A stretch of 62,218 nucleotides of DNA from the IMG/VR virus record IMGVR_UViG_3300031519_004580, positions 1 through 62,218 of that record; one strand, given 5' to 3'. Of the stretch, positions 10,550 to 18,211 are shown piece by piece. The position numbers and the translations under genes are program-made. Position 1 is the first letter of the stretch; every line of letters starts with the position of its first letter. Below the pieces are notes generated by a model. The model saw nothing but the letters and a program-made list of their open reading frames with translations, was not told the origin of the DNA and did no database searches. Origin of the DNA: a virus (Duplodnaviria > Caudoviricetes).

Positions 10550-10958
10550 CTGTAGTTCGACACCTAGACTAATTGAAGTATCAGCAACTCCTATTGACAA
10601 ACCTGAACTAACTTTGCCTAAAGTTGATCGCCTTGAAATGCGAAAAGTAGAATGGGTTATTGTTACTGAAGAAAATTGGGAAGAAGTAAAACAACAGATT
10701 AAGAAGTCAGGACGACCATTAGCATTGTTTTCTATTACAGATAAAGGATATGCTAATCTTGGTTTAAACTTTAGTGATATTAGAGCATTAGTTCAACAAC
10801 AACAAACTATCATTGCAGCATACGAGTCGTACTATAAAAATGCAGAAGAAGCACTAGACACTGCAAACAAACAAGTTGACTCTGTTAACAAAGAAGTTAA
10901 GAAAACTAATGATACTCCAACTGAGTCTGTACTAGACAAGTATAATCCTTTTAAGTAG
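10488..10958 (+). CDS. Outer-membrane spanin lipoprotein (Rz1-like)
   Basis: Lipobox LLLSSC, Pro-containing linker, GGAGG RBS inside the i-spanin gene. Confidence 0.75.
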   Translation: MLKRSIKNVLGCGLVVLLLSSCSSTPRLIEVSATPIDKPELTLPKVDRLEMRKVEWVIVTEENWEEVKQQIKKSGRPLALFSITDKGYANLGLNFSDIRALVQQQQTIIAAYESYYKNAEEALDTANKQVDSVNKEVKKTNDTPTESVLDKYNPFK

Positions 10959-10969
10959 AAACAACTGTA

Positions 10970-11194
10970 ATGAAGACATGGAACAAAATAAAATTATGGT
11001 TTGACCCAGATCAAAAATTAACTGTGACGCATATGGGTGTAGAAAAAGTATTTTTTGTAGATGAGTTTAGTAGTAAGAAACCAACTCGATTAGCAGGTAA
11101 AACTGTTGACGGAAGGAAGTTTTTGTTAGTTAGTGAAACCCCAATGGAGTTTGAAATCATTGAAATTCCAACATCAGATAAGATATATAATTAG
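10970..11194 (+). CDS. Hypothetical protein
   Basis: 74-aa ORF filling the gap. Confidence 0.55.
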   Translation: MKTWNKIKLWFDPDQKLTVTHMGVEKVFFVDEFSSKKPTRLAGKTVDGRKFLLVSETPMEFEIIEIPTSDKIYN

Positions 11195-11202
11195 GAACTA
11201 AT

Positions 11203-11592
11203 ATGGCATATTCAGAGAAAGTTTTAGATCATTACGAAAACCCTCGTAATGTAGGTACGTTTGATCCAAATGATCCAACTGTTGGCACTGGTTTAGTAGG
11301 TGCTCCTGCATGCGGCGATGTTATGAAACTTCAAATAAAAGTAGGTGACGGCGGCTTAATTAAAGATGCATGTTTTAAGACTTTTGGTTGTGGTTCAGCC
11401 ATTGCTAGTTCAAGTTTAGTCACTGAATGGTTAAAAGGTAAAACTTTAGACGAAGCAGACGAGATTAAAAACATGGACATAGCTAACGAATTAGCACTAC
11501 CTCCAGTTAAGATTCATTGTAGTGTGTTAGCTGAGGATGCAATTAAATCAGCCGTGACTAATTACAAAGAAAGAAATAACAGTTCTGCTTAA
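11203..11592 (+). CDS. iscU: Fe-S cluster scaffold IscU
   Basis: YSEKVLDHYENPRNVG, GAPACGDVM, FGCGSAIASSS, LPPVKIHCS. Confidence 0.96.
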   Translation: MAYSEKVLDHYENPRNVGTFDPNDPTVGTGLVGAPACGDVMKLQIKVGDGGLIKDACFKTFGCGSAIASSSLVTEWLKGKTLDEADEIKNMDIANELALPPVKIHCSVLAEDAIKSAVTNYKERNNSSA

Positions 11593-11632
11593 ACTAAATA
11601 CTAGTATATAACTATTATTAGTGAGAGTAAAT

Positions 11633-11923
11633 ATGATTGAAATGATTAACAAATTATTTGGGGATACTCTCTGGATATATACAGGAATATTAGGGTCACT
11701 TTTTGGAGCAGCTTTTCTTGCTTACTTCAAAGACACTAAAGCAGGATTATGGTGTTATAGACAGTTTGATAAACTAATTGATAAAATTAGAGATCGATTT
11801 AAATTAAACTTTCTTGATCAGCCAGACGATTCCTGGCGCCAAAAGTATCCTCATGTTACTAAAAAAATTGACGAACTAGAAACAAGGATTTCTAAACTGG
11901 AGAAGAAAAATGGCTCGACGTAA
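11633..11923 (+). CDS. Small membrane protein (holin/antiholin candidate)
   Basis: One TM helix; CTAAATA late-like motif at 11594-11600; near lysis genes. Confidence 0.5.
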   Translation: MIEMINKLFGDTLWIYTGILGSLFGAAFLAYFKDTKAGLWCYRQFDKLIDKIRDRFKLNFLDQPDDSWRQKYPHVTKKIDELETRISKLEKKNGST

Positions 11924-12317
11924 ATTAGAAGACTTAAATGCAGACATTGGCCCGGCACTTGAACCAAAGCCGGAAGTAATTTCAAATAAGTCTAATAAAA
12001 AAGATAGTATAATTGTACCTGCTGACAAAGATTCTGTTTCTAAAAAAGTAACAGTAGAACTTGAAGTAGATACTAGTATTAAAGACTTAGGACCTAATCC
12101 GTATGCTAAATGGATCCATTTAGCTCATGCATTTGATCAATGGAGAATTTTTCCACGCATCTTTATTACAGTTTACATATATCTATTATATCATGTTGTA
12201 TTTTGGTATATGAATTTAGACGGTCCTACTATGGAACAATCAGGCTTAGTAAGTGTTGTTGTTGGTGCGGGTGCTGCATGGTTTGGATTGTACACAGGAT
12301 CCAGTAAAAGCAAGTAA
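11910..12317 (+). CDS. Two-TM membrane protein (holin candidate)
   Basis: WRIFPRIFI... two C-terminal TM helices with a basic tail. Confidence 0.55.
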   Translation: MARRKLEDLNADIGPALEPKPEVISNKSNKKDSIIVPADKDSVSKKVTVELEVDTSIKDLGPNPYAKWIHLAHAFDQWRIFPRIFITVYIYLLYHVVFWYMNLDGPTMEQSGLVSVVVGAGAAWFGLYTGSSKSK

Positions 12318-12343
12318 CATACTAGGAGCCGATAAGTATTAGC

Positions 12344-13213
12344 ATGGACTACTATTCACTACTCGGTATTAATAAATCAGCTTCGCAAGAAGAACTTAAA
12401 AAAGCATACAAAAAATCAAGTATGCAACATCATCCCGACCGAGGTGGTGACGAAGAAAAATTCAAAGAAATTAATGAAGCATATGCTACACTAAAAGATC
12501 CTCAGAAACGTGCAGGATATGATAGATTTGGTACTTCTGATCCGCAACAGCAACAACAGCAAGGCGGATTTCAATATCAACATAATGGCAATAATATAAA
12601 TCCTAATGATCCTGGATTTCAAGACGTGTTTAACCAAATGTTTGGAAACGGTCATCCATTTGGAGGAAGGCGGCCACAGCCAATGAAAAATGAAGACATA
12701 CATCTAAGTATTGATTTAGGCTTAGACGAGGTGTTTTCAGGCAAAACAATAAGGGTGTCGTATAATTTAAATGTTGGCGGACAACAAACACACGAAATAA
12801 CAATTCCTCCAGGAATACATGAAGTAATTAGATACCAAGGTTTAGGAAATAACTCTATCAATAACATACCAAGGGGAGATTTGTATGCAAAGATTAGAAT
12901 ACGAAACAGCTCAAATTGGCAGCGTGACGGATTAAATTTACACACTGTTGTTCCTATTAGTGTTTTTGATTTATTACTTGGCACTGAAGTAACTATTAAA
13001 ACTCCAGAAGGTAAGAATCTTTCTGTGAAGGTTCCTCGAGGAAGTCAACCATCAGTTGTGTTTAGTATTCACGGATATGGAATACCTGATCCAAGGGCAG
13101 GACGAAGAGGAATTATATTTGTAAATTTAAAAACTAAAATTCCTAAAATTGAAGATCCGGAACTAATAGAACGAATAACTACACTAAAGAAAGACTTGAC
13201 AGATAATGTATAA
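12344..13213 (+). CDS. dnaJ: DnaJ-class co-chaperone (CbpA-like, no zinc finger)
   Basis: DYYSLLG, HHPDRGG (HPD), G/F-rich linker, C-terminal DnaJ_C domain. Confidence 0.9.
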   Translation: MDYYSLLGINKSASQEELKKAYKKSSMQHHPDRGGDEEKFKEINEAYATLKDPQKRAGYDRFGTSDPQQQQQQGGFQYQHNGNNINPNDPGFQDVFNQMFGNGHPFGGRRPQPMKNEDIHLSIDLGLDEVFSGKTIRVSYNLNVGGQQTHEITIPPGIHEVIRYQGLGNNSINNIPRGDLYAKIRIRNSSNWQRDGLNLHTVVPISVFDLLLGTEVTIKTPEGKNLSVKVPRGSQPSVVFSIHGYGIPDPRAGRRGIIFVNLKTKIPKIEDPELIERITTLKKDLTDNV

Positions 13214-13225
13214 AGAGTATATAAT
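13196..13225 (+). promoter_or_regulatory. sigma70-type promoter for clpA
   Basis: TTGACA(13196-13201)-N18-TATAAT(13220-13225). Confidence 0.7.
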
Positions 13226-13256
13226 AATATTAACTAGAAAAGGAATATAAAATAGC

Positions 13257-15500
13257 ATGGTAGAACCAAACGAAGAATTGCAATTAGTGTTTGATAAAGC
13301 AATCAAAGATGCTAAAAAGCTTCAGCACGAATACGTTACCTTAGAGCATCTTTTATTCTCAATGCTATGTAGTGAAAACTTTTACAACTTATTAAAAGGA
13401 TATGGTTGTTCAGTTGATGATCTTAAAAAGCCATTAGAAGAATATTTAAAAACAGGCTTACCTGAAATTGTGATGCCAAAAGGATCGCGATATAAACCAA
13501 AGAAAACGCAAACAGTTGAAAGAGTTCTTAATAGAGCATTTACCCAAGTATTATTTGCAGGAAGAGCTCATATTACGTTAAGTGATGTCTTATTAAGTAT
13601 ACTATCTGAAAAGAAATCACATGCGGCATTTTTCTTAGATTCAAGCGGAGTAGATAAAGATAAATTTGCAGAATATATCAATACAGAATTAGGTCAGGAA
13701 GATGAAGAAAATTCAACTGCTGGACAACGTGCATTAAACTCGTTTACTACTGATTTAAATGAAGAAGTACGAAGAAATAAAATTGACCCTGTTATTGGAC
13801 GAATCGATGAATTAGATTCAATTGCACTTTCACTAGGAAGACGAACAAAAAATAATGTACTGTTAGTAGGAGATCCTGGTGTAGGTAAAACTGCAATTGC
13901 AGAAGGTCTTGCATGGAACATTGTAAACGGTTCAGTTCCTGAATTTCTTAAAGACTATAGTGTGTATATGTTAGACATTGGTAGTATGCTTGCTGGTAGT
14001 AAATACCGCGGAGACTTTGAAGAAAGATTTAAATTAGTACTAGCAGGATTGCGCCGAAAAGGCAAAACAATCATGTTTATTGACGAAGCACATATGATTA
14101 GTGGTGCAGGCAACGGAGGCGGGGGCGGAGCAAACGACCTTGCTAATATGCTCAAGCCTGCACTAAGTAAAGGTAATATTAAAGTTGTTGCATCAACTAC
14201 TTGGGAAGAATATCGTAAGTACTTTGAAAGCGATCGTGCATTAATGCGTAGATTTCAACGTGTAACTGTTGACGAGCCTACTCCAGAAGTAACTAAGGAT
14301 ATTCTACAAGGTATTAAGAAATATTACGAAGATTATCATAAAACAGAAATTACTGACGAAGCAATTAACGAAGCAATTAAATTAAGTGTTAAGTATCAAG
14401 CAGATAAAAAACTTCCTGATAAAGCAATTGACTTAATTGATCTAGCTTGTTCTAGATTTAATTTAAATGCTACTAATGAAAAGGTTGTAAACTCTGGTGA
14501 AATTCAATTTGAACTTTCAAAGATAATTAAAGTTCCTGCAGAACAAGTAGCAGAACAAGAAACTGAAAATCTAGTAAATCTTGAAAAGAATATTAAGCAA
14601 GAAGTATATGGTCAAGATGATGCAATTGTAACTATTGTTGATAAGATTCTTATTGCACAAGCAGGCCTAAAAGCTGATGATAAACCAATTGGCAGTTTTG
14701 TATTTATGGGCCCAACTGGTACAGGTAAGACAGAAACCGCAAAGCAAATTGCAAAACACCTAGGAGTAAACCTTGTACGGTTTGATATGAGTGAATATCA
14801 AGAACGACATAGTGTATCTAAATTGATCGGTTCACCACCTGGATATGTTGGTCATGAAGAACGTGGTGGGTTATTGATTGAAAAATTACAAGAAAATCCT
14901 AACTGTGTATTACTACTAGATGAAATTGAAAAAGCTCATCCAGATGTATCTCAACTATTATTACAAGTTATGGATAATGGTAAAATTACAGGAAGTAATG
15001 GTAAAGAGGCTGATGCACGTAATTGTATTCTAATTCTTACAACTAATTTAGGATCTAAGTCTGCTCAAAAAAATAACATTGGTTTTGGAAATGAATTAGA
15101 GAAAGCATATGAAGATGTTGATCTAAAGAAATTCTTTAGTCCAGAATTCCGTAATAGATTAGATGCCACAATAACATTCTCAACGTTAACTAAAGAAGTA
15201 ATGATGAAAATTGTTGGTAAGTTTCTTGTGTTGTTACGAGACATGGTTAAGACTAAAGACATTAAAATTACTATATCTGACGAAGCATTAGATTACTTAG
15301 TAGACAAAGGGTTTGATCCTAAGATGGGTGCAAGACCACTACAGCGTGTTATTGATCAAGACATTAAGCGTCCGTTATCAAAAGAATTACTTTTTGGAAA
15401 TCTTAAAAACGGAGGTATAGTACATATTACTGTTGAAGACACTAAACTTGTTTTTGAGTCAACTCCAACTAAAATTAAAGTGGAAGAAATAGATGTTTAG
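13257..15500 (+). CDS. clpA: ATP-dependent Clp protease ATP-binding subunit ClpA
   Basis: HEYVTLEHLL Clp-N domain; two AAA+ modules (GDPGVGKT, GPTGTGKT); GSPPGYVG; IGF loop; no ClpB middle domain. Confidence 0.92.
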   Translation: MVEPNEELQLVFDKAIKDAKKLQHEYVTLEHLLFSMLCSENFYNLLKGYGCSVDDLKKPLEEYLKTGLPEIVMPKGSRYKPKKTQTVERVLNRAFTQVLFAGRAHITLSDVLLSILSEKKSHAAFFLDSSGVDKDKFAEYINTELGQEDEENSTAGQRALNSFTTDLNEEVRRNKIDPVIGRIDELDSIALSLGRRTKNNVLLVGDPGVGKTAIAEGLAWNIVNGSVPEFLKDYSVYMLDIGSMLAGSKYRGDFEERFKLVLAGLRRKGKTIMFIDEAHMISGAGNGGGGGANDLANMLKPALSKGNIKVVASTTWEEYRKYFESDRALMRRFQRVTVDEPTPEVTKDILQGIKKYYEDYHKTEITDEAINEAIKLSVKYQADKKLPDKAIDLIDLACSRFNLNATNEKVVNSGEIQFELSKIIKVPAEQVAEQETENLVNLEKNIKQEVYGQDDAIVTIVDKILIAQAGLKADDKPIGSFVFMGPTGTGKTETAKQIAKHLGVNLVRFDMSEYQERHSVSKLIGSPPGYVGHEERGGLLIEKLQENPNCVLLLDEIEKAHPDVSQLLLQVMDNGKITGSNGKEADARNCILILTTNLGSKSAQKNNIGFGNELEKAYEDVDLKKFFSPEFRNRLDATITFSTLTKEVMMKIVGKFLVLLRDMVKTKDIKITISDEALDYLVDKGFDPKMGARPLQRVIDQDIKRPLSKELLFGNLKNGGIVHITVEDTKLVFESTPTKIKVEEIDV

Positions 15501-16185
15501 AAAGCCTAGGCAACGAGCTAGGTATAAGGTTGAAGATATAAATTTAGCAACAATATCTAATGAATTATCATTATTAAATCTCGGTGATACCGAAGGACTG
15601 AATGTTAGGATTAACATTGGACAATTTTCTAAAGAAATTAAAGAATTTAATGATCAATGGGTAGAATATTTACCTAGGCCAGACCGCCCTAATAACAGGC
15701 AAGGGTTAGTTCTTTACAATCTTCCTGGAAAAACGCATCAAGATAATCCGTCTTTACCTGAAGCAAGTAAGGAAGCAGGCGTTAGACTTAAAGAAACCGA
15801 TTTTAATGCACCAACTGATATTGTTGCAAAACTTACTTCTTTGCATCCTATATTAAATATGTTTGATTCATTAGGCAGAACATTCTTAGTAAGAAGTGGA
15901 ATAGGGGGATACTTTGTCCCCCATAGAGATCATCCTGTTATGCCACGTGAAACATTTAGACTAGCAGTATTTTTAAAAGATTGCGGTACTATGCAATATG
16001 ATTGGATAATTGGACAAGGAACTAAAATGCAAATTGATGAAGGAAGAGTTTATTACATTAATACTCGCAGAGTTCATCGTACTGTAAGTTGGGCTAATGA
16101 GTCTATACATTTAATTATGAACATACCAATGACAGCTCATAACGTTGCAACAGTTCTTGATAACTTAGAACATACTCACGGATAA
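15493..16185 (+). CDS. Asp/Asn beta-hydroxylase-like Fe(II)/2OG oxygenase
   Basis: GGYFVPHRD; GRVYYINTRRVH; HLIMN. Confidence 0.65.
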   Translation: MFRKPRQRARYKVEDINLATISNELSLLNLGDTEGLNVRINIGQFSKEIKEFNDQWVEYLPRPDRPNNRQGLVLYNLPGKTHQDNPSLPEASKEAGVRLKETDFNAPTDIVAKLTSLHPILNMFDSLGRTFLVRSGIGGYFVPHRDHPVMPRETFRLAVFLKDCGTMQYDWIIGQGTKMQIDEGRVYYINTRRVHRTVSWANESIHLIMNIPMTAHNVATVLDNLEHTHG

Positions 16186-16192
16186 GTACAAT

Positions 16193-16483
16193 ATGAGCGA
16201 AACTAAAAAACTTAAACCTAGATGTTTTCCGGGTAACAAACAGAGAATGGGGATAGCCTACTGTTCAAACGGATGGTTACTCCCTTGTTGCTGGCTTGAT
16301 AATCTTAGAAATCAAAATGAACTTGAAGACATTGGATTGTTTGACGAAAGTTTAAAATTAGAAAATAATAAAGATGTTGCAAGTATTGTAAATTCCCACC
16401 AATGGAGAAAGTTTATAGAAAATTTAGAGTTAGTATCTGATAAAGTACCTAGTAGGTGTTGGGAAAAATGCGGTGAGGAATAA
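16193..16483 (+). CDS. Stand-alone SPASM/twitch-like Cys-rich protein
   Basis: C...NGWLLPCCW...CWEKCG. Confidence 0.55.
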   Translation: MSETKKLKPRCFPGNKQRMGIAYCSNGWLLPCCWLDNLRNQNELEDIGLFDESLKLENNKDVASIVNSHQWRKFIENLELVSDKVPSRCWEKCGEE

Positions 16484-17183
16484 TATACATAAAAGATACT
16501 TACATACACAGCAATATAAAAATAATCCAAACATTGAATTATCTTATAGATGCCCGTTGATGTGTTCTCAATGTTTTAGAGGATGGTTAGCAAAATCTGA
16601 TGACGATCCTAAAAATATAGCAATGAAGAAGAAAATAAAAATATCACAAGATATATCACTAGATGATCTCCGTAAGTTATTTGACTTCTTCAAGGGAACG
16701 GTTTCTTTCTGCGGACAATTTAGTGATCCTATTTATCACCCAAATTTTTATAAGATATTAGATATATGCACAAACGAATATCCTAGTACTCGATTTCTAG
16801 TACACACTGCAGCCCATCAGAAAAATATAGAATGGTACAAAGAAGCATTTAGTCGGTGTGGGGGGAATATTAAATGGATCTTTGGACTAGATGGGTTAGG
16901 AGATACTAGTGCTATATATAGAGTAAATCAAAAAAGTGAGATAGTACGCGAAGCAATGCTATTAGCAAACAATACTCTTCAAAAACATATGGTTCAATGG
17001 CAGTTTATAATATTTAAACATAACGAACATCAGATTGAAGAAGCAAAAGAATATGCTACAATGCACAATCTAGATCTAAAATTTGTCTACACTGATAGAG
17101 TGTGGGGAAATGTTGCCCCAGCATCAAATCAATACCGGGCGCCAGGTGTTGTTAAAATTAACAAACTATTCCTGAGTAAATAG
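16473..17183 (+). CDS. Radical SAM protein
   Basis: CPLMCSQC (CxxxCxxC), FCGQFSDP, FGLDG, WQFIIFKHNEHQ. Confidence 0.85.
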   Translation: MRNNIHKRYLHTQQYKNNPNIELSYRCPLMCSQCFRGWLAKSDDDPKNIAMKKKIKISQDISLDDLRKLFDFFKGTVSFCGQFSDPIYHPNFYKILDICTNEYPSTRFLVHTAAHQKNIEWYKEAFSRCGGNIKWIFGLDGLGDTSAIYRVNQKSEIVREAMLLANNTLQKHMVQWQFIIFKHNEHQIEEAKEYATMHNLDLKFVYTDRVWGNVAPASNQYRAPGVVKINKLFLSK

Positions 17184-17186
17184 GTA

Positions 17187-17855
17187 ATGATAGATAACTC
17201 TTATACAACTAAGTTATTTTATGATCAATATCTCTATAAACTAGTAATTACTAATTCTCTTGCATCAATTTTTAGAAATAACAATCTAGCATACGCACGA
17301 GGCCAATTAGACAGAATACAATTGGATTATGAATCAAATTCTGTCTTACGGTTGACTATGTATTCAAGAAATATTACAATAACTAAACAAGAATTTGTAG
17401 CTGCAAAAATTTTACTTTCAGAATTAGATATTCGTGACGATTATAAAATACGGATAGAGAATCCTAATATGTCTATATATTCTAATAATAAGCAATGGAT
17501 AAAGACATTAATAGCAAAACCATTAGTTACTAAAGAATTTTGGGAACCAAAACTAGGTACTACTGATCTTCTTGTAAAGAATAACATAATTATTACAGAT
17601 GAGAGTTTTGGCTTTAAGTATAAGATTACTCTTAAAGACCGAATAGACAGTCAATTTTACAACTGGCTTATTGCCAATCCTAATAAAGTTAAGATTGGAA
17701 CAACCTGCTTGCAAAGTATAAAAAACAGCAATTATGTTAGAGGATTCTATATGTATATAAAAGATGAAAAGATTTTACAACTAATTACGTTGATGATTGG
17801 CACCAGTATTGCCAGAATTGATAATCTTGTCTACCCTGCTATTAATGATAAATAA
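17187..17855 (+). CDS. Hypothetical protein
   Basis: 222-aa ORF. Confidence 0.65.
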   Translation: MIDNSYTTKLFYDQYLYKLVITNSLASIFRNNNLAYARGQLDRIQLDYESNSVLRLTMYSRNITITKQEFVAAKILLSELDIRDDYKIRIENPNMSIYSNNKQWIKTLIAKPLVTKEFWEPKLGTTDLLVKNNIIITDESFGFKYKITLKDRIDSQFYNWLIANPNKVKIGTTCLQSIKNSNYVRGFYMYIKDEKILQLITLMIGTSIARIDNLVYPAINDK

Positions 17856-17859
17856 CAGT

Positions 17860-18201
17860 ATGCCGAGCTATAGCGAAATAATATTAACAAGTCAAACACA
17901 TCCAGGAGACAGTACAAGTGAGACTGTAACTGGAGAACCGTATAAAGGTGACGGGTACTACGGACGAGCCGATGGATTTCATACTGTACAGTATAATGTT
18001 ACTGGATTTAGTGGAACTATAAAAATGCAAGGAACACTTGCAACGACTCCAGTTGAATCTGACTACTTTGACATAACAGGAACTACTGAAACAGGAACTA
18101 CTGGTTCCTATTTTAAAAACTTCACTGGAAATTATGTTTGGGTTAGAGCAAGTGTCACGTATACCGATGGCACTATACAAAGTATCTTATTGAATCATTG
18201 A
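17860..18201 (+). CDS. Small beta-rich, probably structural protein
   Basis: MPSYSEIIL...FTGNYVWVRA; GATAAATA at 17847-17854 just upstream of ATG 17860. Confidence 0.6.
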   Translation: MPSYSEIILTSQTHPGDSTSETVTGEPYKGDGYYGRADGFHTVQYNVTGFSGTIKMQGTLATTPVESDYFDITGTTETGTTGSYFKNFTGNYVWVRASVTYTDGTIQSILLNH

Positions 18202-18211
18202 GGAAAGAATT

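Noticed and set aside
13257-15500. ClpB assignment
   Set aside because: No coiled-coil middle domain, and an IGF loop is present, consistent with ClpA
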